Positions 29,147 to 38,822 of a stretch of DNA of 64,000 nucleotides are shown in pieces. The DNA is taken from positions 10,929-74,928 of the forward strand of contig JANPHP010000270.1 of the NCBI GenBank assembly GCA_031424495.1, given 5' to 3'. The position numbers were made by a program, and so were the translations under genes. Source of the DNA: Bacteroidota bacterium (GTDB lineage: Bacteria; Bacteroidota; Bacteroidia; J057; JADKCL01). Positions within the stretch are counted from its first letter, which is position 1. Every line of letters begins with the position of its first letter. The notes under the pieces were generated by a model that saw only the letters and a list, made by a program, of their open reading frames with translations, had not been told where the DNA came from and did no database searches.

Positions 29147-30408
29147 AGCAGCCATCATTTATTACCTTCAGTATGGCGACTCGCCGCTTATGCCGCCTCG
29201 CTGGCGTGCTCGTGCTCATCGTGGGCATACATGCCAAGCATGTTGCAAGTGCACAGCTTGACCAGATACAGACCATGATGGCAAATGTCACCTTGGAAAA
29301 TAAAGTCGGGCAGCAAAACGACACAACGGGCCTCTATCTGATGCAGATCCCACCCTACGATTGCGAGCCCATGCTGCCCACCTATTTCCATGTCGTAGAC
29401 TGGAGCGGCGATGGCGTCGACGACCTCATCTTCAATGGCCCCTGCAATCCCTATCCGCAGACGCAATTCATCCTTCAGACCAAAAAGGGGCTCATGCTTG
29501 CCTACGAAATGGGCGGCACCCTGCTCAATATCGAGCCGGCTGGCGATCGCTGCCTCGCTTGGGTCTATGGCGAAGCCATCGGCTGCCTGCGCACGGCCTC
29601 GCTCACCGAGATCGCCCTGGGCAGCGATGGTGCATTGCTGAGCCGCACCATCATCGAGTGGAATCCAGAAGACACCCTGCCCAAAAGCGATGAATATGCT
29701 CAGGTGCAAGTGGCGGGTATCTTGCGAGAGACCGCTAGAGAATATGACGATGTGCTCAAAGACGAATGCACAGGGCTCAAAATCATCGGCAACCAAGTCG
29801 CAAACCTCAAAACAAAATGCACTGCGCTCCTGTTGCGGTCTCGCAACGATTGGCAGCTCGTGTGCGCACCCGTCGCCGACAACCATTGGCGCATAGCTTG
29901 GATCAAAAACTCATCCCCAAAAGAAGATATGAACGCGAACGAGAAAACGATTTTGAGCCTCTACGAAGGCTTTCAGCAAAAAAATTACCTGCAAATGGGA
30001 GCCTGTTATGCCGACAGCGCGACCTTTCAAGATGAGGTCTTTACCCTCAAAAACGGTAAGGAATGCCGCGCAATGTGGCACTACCTCGTGACCAATGGCA
30101 AGGATTTGAACGTGACCTTTCGCGACATCAAGGCCGACGACAAGCGTGGCACCGCGCACTGGGAGGCGACCTATACCTTCTCGGGCACAGGCCGCAGGGT
30201 CCACAACGTGATCGAGGCCAGTTTTGAATTTGAAAACGGCAAGATCGTGCGCCACCGCGACCACTTCAAGTTTTGGAAATGGACGCGCATGGCCCTCGGC
30301 ACCACTGGCACCCTGCTCGGCTGGACGCCCCTCGTGAAGAACAAAGTGCGCAAAACCGCCGCAGGCGGCCTCCAAAAATTCATGGCCGACAAGCCAGAGT
30401 ATCAATGA
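29143..30408 (+). CDS. Apparent fusion of a secreted hypothetical domain and a SnoaL/NTF2-like domain (from Met at 29929)
   Basis: N-part has a signal peptide and DWSGDGVDD; C-part has M..CY...A.F.D..F, MW..L, HWEA.Y.FS.TGR.V.N, I..H.D.F. Confidence 0.75.
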   Translation: MKQPSFITFSMATRRLCRLAGVLVLIVGIHAKHVASAQLDQIQTMMANVTLENKVGQQNDTTGLYLMQIPPYDCEPMLPTYFHVVDWSGDGVDDLIFNGPCNPYPQTQFILQTKKGLMLAYEMGGTLLNIEPAGDRCLAWVYGEAIGCLRTASLTEIALGSDGALLSRTIIEWNPEDTLPKSDEYAQVQVAGILRETAREYDDVLKDECTGLKIIGNQVANLKTKCTALLLRSRNDWQLVCAPVADNHWRIAWIKNSSPKEDMNANEKTILSLYEGFQQKNYLQMGACYADSATFQDEVFTLKNGKECRAMWHYLVTNGKDLNVTFRDIKADDKRGTAHWEATYTFSGTGRRVHNVIEASFEFENGKIVRHRDHFKFWKWTRMALGTTGTLLGWTPLVKNKVRKTAAGGLQKFMADKPEYQ

Positions 30409-30800
30409 ACGCAGTCGATCGACTGAGCCCCCGGCAATTGTATGTCTTGCATGAAAATCGCAGGGCCTATGATCGGCAGTTGCGCGCAGCGATCGAGACA
30501 GCTTGGCAGCAGAGCGGCCTGCAGATCGCCGATTTTCCGCAGACTGAGGCTGAGCGTGAGCAGACAGCAGACCGCGTCGCGCCATTGCCCTGGCAGTGGC
30601 GGCTGTTGGTGATATTATTGCCTTTCCCTTCGCCCTTGCATCCGCTCATCGCGGCGCAATTGATGGATCACGGCCTCGTGCAGATGTGCAAGGATTTTTA
30701 CCGTTTCCGTGCTTGGGGATTTGGAATCTGGTTTGGTGTGGTACTGCTGCTGGGCACGCGATTTCCATTTTGGTTCATTTTTTTTTTGACGGCCGGATGA
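30405..30800 (+). CDS. Hypothetical membrane protein
   Basis: ATGA overlaps at both ends; two hydrophobic C-terminal segments. Confidence 0.55.
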   Translation: MNAVDRLSPRQLYVLHENRRAYDRQLRAAIETAWQQSGLQIADFPQTEAEREQTADRVAPLPWQWRLLVILLPFPSPLHPLIAAQLMDHGLVQMCKDFYRFRAWGFGIWFGVVLLLGTRFPFWFIFFLTAG

Positions 30801-31306
30801 GGAAGGGGCTCTCCTATTGCCTGGTGCTAATGTTTTGTGGTTTACTGCTCTTGGCAGGCTGTGGGCCTAGCCCCGAGGAGCTTGCAGCCGCCGAGGCGGC
30901 GCGGGCGGATTCGCTGGAGGCCGCAGAAATGCGTGAATTTTATGCGAAAAAGGAAGCTTGGTACCAATCTCCTGCTGGCATAGCCGAGGACTCGATCAGG
31001 CAGCGGGAAAACGACAGCATCCTTTCAAGGGCACAATATGAATATGGCAAAGGAAAAAAGCTCTACACACTCGGGGGAACAGTTACTGCGACGCATGAAT
31101 TTCTCTTTCTACTTGCTCATACTGTAGAAATGTACGGCGTTACCATAGAGTTCCACTGCGTCACTCCATGGAAAGACATGCTCTACACTGGCGAGATGAA
31201 CAAGCTGGTACAGAAGGAATTTGGCGAGGATTTTTTTGAGCAGGCGAGAAAGACATCCCACCAAGCTTACGTAGCCCGATTCGGCGAACCTTGCGAAGAT
31301 GAGTAA
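30797..31306 (+). CDS. Hypothetical lipoprotein
   Basis: LLAGC lipobox. Confidence 0.7.
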   Translation: MRKGLSYCLVLMFCGLLLLAGCGPSPEELAAAEAARADSLEAAEMREFYAKKEAWYQSPAGIAEDSIRQRENDSILSRAQYEYGKGKKLYTLGGTVTATHEFLFLLAHTVEMYGVTIEFHCVTPWKDMLYTGEMNKLVQKEFGEDFFEQARKTSHQAYVARFGEPCEDE

Positions 31307-31322
31307 TCCATAATCCAACAAA

Positions 31323-31973
31323 GTGCCCTCCCAAAGCAAATACCGGAAAACATGGCTGCTGATTTTCTGCGCGGCTGTCTTTTGCGTTTGCTGTATTGCC
31401 CTGTTTGCGCCTGTTGCCAAAAAAGCATCCACCAAGCCCCTGCAAGGGAAGCACTTTCAAAGGAAAAATAAGTTTCTCTGGAGGAGCGAGATTTACAAGC
31501 ATGATGGTCTTGAGATTGTGTACGAATGGAATGAATTTGGACGCATGCTGCACATCAAGGGGAGCAAGGTCAGTGGCGCCATCAATATGGAAGGCAAATG
31601 CGAATGGTGCAACGCCAACTTCGATGTCAAATGGGTCAACGACGACTACATCTGCCTGCTGACGGGGACCGATGGTGACATGGGAGATTTCCTATTCATT
31701 CCCATGCAGCCCCAAAACGAGCTGCAATATTTCCCCAAACACCTCAAACATGCCGACAGCCTCACCAACAATATTTTGCTCATCGACAAGGGCGACGATG
31801 AAATCTGGCTACGGGTGCAAAATCTAATGACGCACAAAAAAGACTCACTCTTGCTCGATCCCAGCCGTGGCGTCTATCCCTTCTTTTGGTTCGATGCAAT
31901 GACACCCTCCAAGCTGCGCGTTCATACGATCGCGAGGAAGTATGAATTGGATATTAGGCAGCTTTCCCGATGA
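31323..31973 (+). CDS. Hypothetical membrane-anchored protein
   Basis: 216-aa ORF with an N-terminal hydrophobic segment. Confidence 0.55.
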   Translation: MPSQSKYRKTWLLIFCAAVFCVCCIALFAPVAKKASTKPLQGKHFQRKNKFLWRSEIYKHDGLEIVYEWNEFGRMLHIKGSKVSGAINMEGKCEWCNANFDVKWVNDDYICLLTGTDGDMGDFLFIPMQPQNELQYFPKHLKHADSLTNNILLIDKGDDEIWLRVQNLMTHKKDSLLLDPSRGVYPFFWFDAMTPSKLRVHTIARKYELDIRQLSR

Positions 31974-32176
31974 CTCAATGATGTGAGTACGCTTCATAAT
32001 GCGCAGTCGTCAATCATATCTTGCGTGCTTTTTTTGCTAGTGTACACGATCTCGGCAACTATCTCTTTGCATTTGGAAGGCGGCGCTGATGGGGATATTT
32101 TGTGGCAAAGACAATGCTGGCAATACATGAAATCCAATAACTTTGACCTTGAAAGACTCCTCAAAAAAAAGAAAAC

Positions 32177-32860
32177 ATGGGCTACGACGTCACCTTCCAT
32201 CCATTCAGCCGCCGGGAATTTGAATACTACATCGAGCAGGTAGTGGACAATCCCGAGGATTATAAATTTCAACTGATCGGCCTGCATGACGATCCTGAGG
32301 AACATGCATTTTTGACAGATGCGATCTACTCACGGTTTGGCCGATTCAAGGCGCAGATTTTGGCGGGTACGATGGATTTTGAGAAGGGCATCGGCAGCTG
32401 CATGGCTTCGATCTTTGGTTACCTGCATCCTTACTGGTACTCGCGCGGCGGCATGTTGTCGCGGCTCTACGAGGCACCGTTCAATGACTACCGTGGCGAT
32501 ATTTCCAACCTTGTGACTGGCCCGAGCAAGCCTGTTTTTGACAAGGCTTTTGGAGTGATCATGGAGAATTATTCATCGGGGGTCTATGTGCCCAACGAGA
32601 AAATCGCGCGTTTGCAAGAGCTACTCAAGGATCCCGCCAATGCAGCCATGGTCGAGGAGGTCATCGGTGGCTCCAACATCGCCTCGCTGCTGCAATGCTT
32701 GCAATATTGCCTGGACCACGGCCTGGACCTGCTCGAAGCGACCGACGTCTACGTGCCCATCTCGGGCGATTGCAGCACGCTCCCCGCCAATATGCGTGCC
32801 GAATACCTGAAAAATATCACCGATCACAGCAACTCTGGCCGCCACATGTCGCTGACATGA
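32177..32860 (+). CDS. Hypothetical cytoplasmic protein
   Basis: 227-aa ORF with host-like codon pattern; MGYDVTFHP N-terminus. Confidence 0.65.
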   Translation: MGYDVTFHPFSRREFEYYIEQVVDNPEDYKFQLIGLHDDPEEHAFLTDAIYSRFGRFKAQILAGTMDFEKGIGSCMASIFGYLHPYWYSRGGMLSRLYEAPFNDYRGDISNLVTGPSKPVFDKAFGVIMENYSSGVYVPNEKIARLQELLKDPANAAMVEEVIGGSNIASLLQCLQYCLDHGLDLLEATDVYVPISGDCSTLPANMRAEYLKNITDHSNSGRHMSLT

Positions 32861-32899
32861 CGACACCCACGATTGCTTACAATTGATTAAATTTGCAGC

Positions 32900-33607
32900 A
32901 TGAAAGTAGAGATTTGGTCGGATATCATGTGCCCCTTTTGCTATATCGGCAAGCGCAAGTTTGAGGCTGCGATGACTCAATTTGCCGGGCGTGAAGACAT
33001 CGAAGTGAACTGGATGAGTTTTCAGTTGGATCCTGAGTTGCAAGCACCCGCTGGCACGAGCACGATCCAATACCTCGCCGACCGCAAGGGGCAGAGTCTC
33101 GCGTGGTCGCAACAGGCCCATGCGCAGGTGACCGAGATGGCGCGCACGGTGGGCCTCGACTACCGCTTTGACAAAGCTGTGGTCGCAAACTCTTTTGATG
33201 CGCACCGCCTCATCCACCTGGCCAAAACCAAAAATCTGGGCAGCGAGGCAGAGGAATGCATTTTCAAGGCCTATTTCACCGACGGTGAAGATATCGCTGA
33301 CCATGCAACCCTAGCTCAGCTCGGGCAAAAAATCGGCTTGGACCCCAAGGAGGTCATGCGGATGCTAGCCAGCAATGCCTTTGCGGATGAGGTGCATGCC
33401 GAATGTGAAATGGCTGCCCGCCTGGGGGCGCGCGGCGTTCCGTTCTTTGTGGTGGACAGCAAATATGGCGTGTCGGGCGCACAGGAGCCGCAAACCTTTC
33501 TCAATGTGCTCGAAAAGGCGCATTCTGAGTGGAAAAGCACGCAGTCACCGCTCGTCGAGGTCGTCGAGGAAGGCGCATCTTGCAGCCTGGATGGGGAGAA
33601 CTGCTAG
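32900..33607 (+). CDS. DsbA-family oxidoreductase (FrnE-like)
   Basis: WSD..CPFCYIGK, GVPFFV, SGAQ. Confidence 0.92.
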   Translation: MKVEIWSDIMCPFCYIGKRKFEAAMTQFAGREDIEVNWMSFQLDPELQAPAGTSTIQYLADRKGQSLAWSQQAHAQVTEMARTVGLDYRFDKAVVANSFDAHRLIHLAKTKNLGSEAEECIFKAYFTDGEDIADHATLAQLGQKIGLDPKEVMRMLASNAFADEVHAECEMAARLGARGVPFFVVDSKYGVSGAQEPQTFLNVLEKAHSEWKSTQSPLVEVVEEGASCSLDGENC

Positions 33608-33658
33608 TGCTCCCTTTTTTAGATTACTGGGCTATTGAAATGGATACGTGTTTCGCGA

Positions 33659-33829
33659 TGTGCGACTCCGCTGGAGTCGATATAAACCGTGTGGTGCATG
33701 TTTCTATAAATGTAAGACCCCGCTGGGGTCCTGTTACCACTGACATTGGGTTGTGATAGGACCCCATCGGGGTCAAACCTTTTTAGAAACCCAAAACGTA
33801 CAGTAATTCGACTCCAGCGGAGTCGCACA
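33659..33829. repeat. REP cluster: four small palindromes arranged as one long inverted repeat
   Basis: TGTGCGACTCCGCTGGAGTCGA ... GACCCCGCTGGGGTC ... GACCCCATCGGGGTC ... TCGACTCCAGCGGAGTCGCACA. Confidence 0.85.
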
Positions 33830-33936
33830 ACACACCAATCAATTTGGTCATGATTTCAGCGAATGATATGCTAGGCAAAATGAAACGTGGATCCTCTACT
33901 GAATTCCAGGTCCCGCAATCGATCTGCAACTTGGGT

Positions 33937-35019
33937 TCACTCCGTGAAACTCAATTGTGACCGCCGCAACACTTGGGTCACGGCTGCTTTGCCGTCGACA
34001 GTTTTGAGCTCCATTTTCAGTTCGGGATCGGCTTTCCAGTCGATCGTGAAAAGGCCATAATTGTTGGCGGGCTCGACCTTGCCGACGCGGTATTTGTTGG
34101 GTTCGGTTTTGGGCCAGGTCTCGGTGATGCCGCTGCTCGTCATGTCATAGAGCGGATACATGCCCGGCAATTGCAGCATCGACAATTCGCCCCAATGTAC
34201 GTCGCCACTGATCATCACCACGCCCTCTGCCCTTGTTTTGCGGATCAGCTCGACCATGCGCGCTTGCTCGCGGGGCACATTGGTCCAGCTTTCCCAGCCA
34301 TTGTATTCGTGACAAAATTGATTGCTGGTCGCGATGATGCGAAACACGGCGGGCTGTTTGAATTCATTTTCGAGCCAAGCCCACTGCGCTGCGCCGAGAA
34401 ACGTGCTGTCGGCATTTTCATTGGGGCGGTAGTCGTTTTTCCAGCGCTTTTTGTCGTTGTTGAGGAGCAGATTGTCGCGAAATGTGCGGGTGTCGAGCAA
34501 GATCACTTGCACACGCTTGTCGGCGGGACCATAATATTCGCTGTGGTAAATACCGGTGTGCTGCCGGCGTGTGCTCGTGGCCGGTTCATTCCAAAAATCA
34601 AGGAAAATCTCTTTGCTCTCGGCCTTGAAGGGATAGTGGCGACCCACATCGTTGGTACCGAAGTCGTGGTCGTCCCAAGTCGCGTTGAGGAAGGTGGTCT
34701 TGCGCAGGTGCTGAAACTCGGGTTTTGCGCCGAGTTCGCGGTAGCCTTTGCGCAGCTCGTCCATGTCTTCCGTGTCGCCATAGATATTGTCGCCGAGGAA
34801 GACGAAAAGGTCGGGCTTTTCAGTGACAACGCGCTCCAGGATGGGCATGGGTTCGTCTTGCTCTGCACAAGAGCCGAAGGCGATGCGGGTGAGCAGCTCG
34901 GGGCGGGGGACAGCGCCAATGGCTGACTGAGGATAGTGGGCATCTGCCTGCGCCGACGGGCGCGGATGGCAGGCAACAATGCAAGCGAGCCCGAGCAGGG
35001 CGAGAAGGTGATGGCGCAT
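33937..35019 (-). CDS. phoD: PhoD-family alkaline phosphatase (lipoprotein)
   Basis: AFGSC, GDNIY.D, WDDHD, LD.R, SGDVH. Confidence 0.88.
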   Translation of the reverse strand: MRHHLLALLGLACIVACHPRPSAQADAHYPQSAIGAVPRPELLTRIAFGSCAEQDEPMPILERVVTEKPDLFVFLGDNIYGDTEDMDELRKGYRELGAKPEFQHLRKTTFLNATWDDHDFGTNDVGRHYPFKAESKEIFLDFWNEPATSTRRQHTGIYHSEYYGPADKRVQVILLDTRTFRDNLLLNNDKKRWKNDYRPNENADSTFLGAAQWAWLENEFKQPAVFRIIATSNQFCHEYNGWESWTNVPREQARMVELIRKTRAEGVVMISGDVHWGELSMLQLPGMYPLYDMTSSGITETWPKTEPNKYRVGKVEPANNYGLFTIDWKADPELKMELKTVDGKAAVTQVLRRSQLSFTE

Positions 35020-35061
35020 GCACGAAGGTAGGGAGAAATGGAGGAATTGCGGGTGAAAGAC

Positions 35062-36570
35062 TCACTCCACCACCAAGCGCTGCACCTCCATCCGCACACC
35101 ATCTGCCGAATAAATCTCTACCAAATACAAACCCGCCACGAGGCTGCTCAGCTCCAAAAATTGCTCATTTATCTGATCTGACAAGTCTGCACGACACACG
35201 ACCTGCCCGGCAAGGTTGTGCACCACGAGCTGCCCGCCACCCAATTCGCTGGGATAGCTGCACCTCACCCTGTTATGCGCAGGGTTGGGCGACAAGGTGA
35301 CCGTGCGCAACATTGCTGGGGTGCGGACCACGAGCGTGCTGATGTCGAGACAAGTGCCCCAGGTTTCAGAGCCTTTGCAATAACAATAAAGTGAATCGCT
35401 TTCCGTGTCTGGATAGGACCAAACCATCTTCTTCACGCTGCCGAGCCCCTGTACAAAGCTCTCTTGGTACAGCAACTCAAATGGTGTGATCGCATTGAAA
35501 CAGGAATCATAATCTTGCAGGTTCTCTATCTCGATGCGGATGCGGCCATGATTGCCATACATGAAGCGCATACCGATTTGTGCTGGGCGGGGAACCTGAA
35601 AACCGCCAATACGCACATTTTCAGGATTGTGCTGTTGCGGGAGCAGTCGCAGCAAGTCCAAATATGCTGAGTCCACGACCGCAGTGTCGAGCACGGGCGG
35701 ATAATACTGCCCCACCACACCTACCCAGTTCTGATACCAAAATGCGGCCGACTCCAGGGTATAGGAATAGGAAAATGGTGACAAGGAAATGATAGCCTGA
35801 ACCACCGTCTCGGAATAACTCCAACTGCTGCTGTTCGTGGAGCTGTAGTGGCTCTCGAACCCAAACTTGTCACCAGGCTGCACATCCAAGATTTCTCGGA
35901 TCGTGGGCAGGCGCCCTGCTCCCAAACCCTGCTCCGGTATCGCCCACAACTGAAAGGTGCAGGTGTCCTCATAATTGGTGTAAAACTGCGGGAATGGCAG
36001 GAAATTGAAGGTCGCTACAAAACCATGTTCGCGGCTCAAGGAAATCTGCTTGCCGTTGGAGAGCGAAAAATATTTGACGGAGTCAGCGACACCCAAAACT
36101 TGCTGCGCGACTATACTGTCCACGGTGGCGGTGATGCCGCTCTGCCAAGTCCAGCTAGCGCCGACATTCGTCTGGCTCAGTAGCCGAAATGTGTCGGCCT
36201 TGCTGCTCACAAACAGGCAGGTGCCGTCGGGCTGTAGCAGCATTTTCTTGCCGAGGTAGTGGTCTCGGTCGAGCAAGATGATTCCGTTGCCATTGACATT
36301 GGCTTGGCCATTGCAAGAATCGAGCGAATCAGAGGCCATACCATGCCGGTCGATCCGGTAGAGGTAATAGGCGCTGTCGGCTCCCTCCAAACGCACCGAG
36401 TCCACATGGCTCGCAAACAACCACCTATCGGCCGAGTTCGTCTGCCGATAGGTGTACAAATAGGTATTGCCGGGCGGAAATGGATGCCAAGACTGGCCAA
36501 AAAGGCCCGTGAAAAGACCAGAAAGCAAAAACAGCAAGTGCAAGCAAAGGTATTTGTATTTGAATGACAT
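35062..36570 (-). CDS. T9SS type-A cargo, unknown function
   Basis: Signal peptide ending GQ; SPNPA...GLYLV...RLVVE CTD. Confidence 0.8.
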   Translation of the reverse strand: MSFKYKYLCLHLLFLLSGLFTGLFGQSWHPFPPGNTYLYTYRQTNSADRWLFASHVDSVRLEGADSAYYLYRIDRHGMASDSLDSCNGQANVNGNGIILLDRDHYLGKKMLLQPDGTCLFVSSKADTFRLLSQTNVGASWTWQSGITATVDSIVAQQVLGVADSVKYFSLSNGKQISLSREHGFVATFNFLPFPQFYTNYEDTCTFQLWAIPEQGLGAGRLPTIREILDVQPGDKFGFESHYSSTNSSSWSYSETVVQAIISLSPFSYSYTLESAAFWYQNWVGVVGQYYPPVLDTAVVDSAYLDLLRLLPQQHNPENVRIGGFQVPRPAQIGMRFMYGNHGRIRIEIENLQDYDSCFNAITPFELLYQESFVQGLGSVKKMVWSYPDTESDSLYCYCKGSETWGTCLDISTLVVRTPAMLRTVTLSPNPAHNRVRCSYPSELGGGQLVVHNLAGQVVCRADLSDQINEQFLELSSLVAGLYLVEIYSADGVRMEVQRLVVE

Positions 36571-36675
36571 ATAGACAAGTTCATTAAAATCCGCCCAACA
36601 TCCAAGTCGCGAGATAACATTCAGCTATGTTTGAGCATACGTCCTTCTTCATCCTCAAACGATGCCAATTTCAGA

Positions 36676-38082
36676 CTAACGAACCACGAATTTCTGAAAT
36701 ACCGTCCCCGCCCCAGACGCAATCTTTGCAGTGTACATTCCTGAAACCCATTCGCCACAATCGACCAGCTCACCAGCCACAATATCCCGATCCAGAACGA
36801 TGACACCAGCCATGGAAACGACCTGCAAATGCAGACATCCGCCCAGATCACTTGTCTGGACCACTCGAAATTGCCCATCGACGAGCGAAGGCACGATGCG
36901 CGCATCTTGTGATAAGGCGGTCAAACGCTCGGTTGCAAGGTCTTGAAACAGCCATTTCACCGCCTCGGGAAACTCCCGCGCCCAAAACCATTCACTGTGT
37001 TGGCCGTCGGCTTTGGAGACCGTGCGCAACTCGGCAGGTGAGAATCCATTTGCAAGCAGGGTATCGACCATCGCATACATATTGGGCAGCATTGATCCGC
37101 TTTCCTGCCCACCCGCACAATGGTAGATGCGCATGGGTGCTTGATGCCCACGCAGCCGCGCATGCACGTAACAGGAGTCGTCAAACCAATATGAAGGTGA
37201 AAAAATGCCGATTTTGGAGAATATATTTTGGTATTGAAGGCCACCGTATTGGCTGATCAGACCGCCGAGACTGCTGCCCATGAGTCCCGTGTTTTCACGG
37301 CTGCTGCGTGTGCGAAAATAGCTGTCGATAAAAGGCTTCAAGTCATTGACGAGCCACGCAATGTAGTCATCGCCTTGCCCGCCGCCATATTGTGTATTCA
37401 CCCACGGAGAATACTCGTCGATGCGATCGCCACCGCCATTGTCGATGCCCACGACGATCAGTTTTTTGTAGCCACTGTCTTCGCGGGCCACCATGGCCTC
37501 ATCGACCGACCATTCCGTACCAAAGGCCGTTGTGACCTCATCAAAAAGATTTTGGCCATCGTGCATGTACAACACACCAAAACTGTCGGTGCTCGCATAA
37601 TAATCTTGTGGCAAATACACCCAAACCTGCCGCGTGCGGCCCAATTGCGGCATATTGAAGAAGATCGTCAAAATATGCGTGTTGCCGACGGCGGTATGCA
37701 AGCCAGTTTGATCTTCCCAATTCCACACCGTGTCGGTGAGCGTGAGCCCATCGGCATAAGTGAATGAGCGGTTGGGCTGAAACGCACCATTGAGTTGCGT
37801 TTCGACCCGAGCCCAGTCGCCGCGCACATATTTGTATTCAATCACCTGCCCAGGCGTACCCGTAAATTGGATGGAGTAGGTGCCGTCCGGATTTTGGGTC
37901 ATTGTACTCACAGCGCCGCTCTCGTTCCAAGTATTGAACGTGCCCGCCGCGTGAATCGGATCGATCAAGGGCGTGTAATAGGGGGGAGTGACCGTGAGAT
38001 GGAGCGTAACCTGAGCCCGTGCAGCGTGTGAAACCAAGACCGCCAGGGCAATGCCGAGAAAATGAAGCAATCGACTTTTCAT
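36676..38082 (-). CDS. Secreted alpha/beta-hydrolase (esterase) with CBM20-like N-domain and degenerate T9SS CTD
   Basis: AGTFN.W...EYKY.RG.W; YMHDGQNLF; GSSLGG; H.E.FW; G.Y...KFVVR. Confidence 0.82.
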   Translation of the reverse strand: MKSRLLHFLGIALAVLVSHAARAQVTLHLTVTPPYYTPLIDPIHAAGTFNTWNESGAVSTMTQNPDGTYSIQFTGTPGQVIEYKYVRGDWARVETQLNGAFQPNRSFTYADGLTLTDTVWNWEDQTGLHTAVGNTHILTIFFNMPQLGRTRQVWVYLPQDYYASTDSFGVLYMHDGQNLFDEVTTAFGTEWSVDEAMVAREDSGYKKLIVVGIDNGGGDRIDEYSPWVNTQYGGGQGDDYIAWLVNDLKPFIDSYFRTRSSRENTGLMGSSLGGLISQYGGLQYQNIFSKIGIFSPSYWFDDSCYVHARLRGHQAPMRIYHCAGGQESGSMLPNMYAMVDTLLANGFSPAELRTVSKADGQHSEWFWAREFPEAVKWLFQDLATERLTALSQDARIVPSLVDGQFRVVQTSDLGGCLHLQVVSMAGVIVLDRDIVAGELVDCGEWVSGMYTAKIASGAGTVFQKFVVR

Positions 38083-38216
38083 GCACGAAATTTAAGCGTG
38101 GAAGCATTGGGAACCAAGGAATTGTTGGATATCGCGAAGTGGAATATGCCAATCTTGCCCCTGCAACTTTGCAAAAGTCTACGCCCTCGGTATCTTGGCA
38201 ATCAAATTCCAAAAAG

Positions 38217-38573
38217 ATGGCCTTCTCCTGGTTCAAGAAAAAACAAGACGCCCCGCAAGGGCCCGATTTCAGTGCGATCGACTCCGCCGAAAAGGCACAA
38301 GCCGCCTATCGCCGTGGCGAATTGGCGATGCTGTACCTATTTCCCCTCGATTTGGGTGGCCAAGAAAATGAGATGAACCGCCTCTATGTGCCGCAGGCTG
38401 TGACGATGCTCAAGGATCGCTTCGACAACCTCGTCGGCGACCTGCTCGATCAGGGCTTGGTGACGGGCTATTCAGCCCACCCCGAACACAAGGGCACGAG
38501 CTTTATCCCCAGCGCCATCGTGATGGAAGCCAAAGGCAAGGGAGGCATCACAGAGCGGATTGAGATTTGGTGA
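38217..38573 (+). CDS. Hypothetical protein (118 aa)
   Basis: Start taken as the ATG at 38217; LFP...GG, SFIP motifs. Confidence 0.6.
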   Translation: MAFSWFKKKQDAPQGPDFSAIDSAEKAQAAYRRGELAMLYLFPLDLGGQENEMNRLYVPQAVTMLKDRFDNLVGDLLDQGLVTGYSAHPEHKGTSFIPSAIVMEAKGKGGITERIEIW

Positions 38574-38822
38574 GGGAAAGGCCTTTACACTGATTTTCAG
38601 CCTACTGAACGATCGAAAAATGCAGTGATCACAGCGAGGCTGCCAAGCCCGCGATTTGCGTTTCTGTCGAATAATCCGCACTTTTGACAAAGCGGGAGCT
38701 ACAAAAGCTGCTCGGAGTATGTGCGATGATCAGCGACCATCCAAGCACCTTGAAAACGCAATACTATCTAAAAACCAGCGCTCTGATACGATGCTCCTCG
38801 CCCAAAACCCCTAATATCCACC

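Noticed and set aside
31983..32243. 86-aa ORF
   Set aside because: Overlaps the start of the 32177 gene in another frame and has no supporting features
33659..33829. Possible CRISPR array
   Set aside because: Units are inverted and non-identical, with no regular repeat-spacer period and no cas genes
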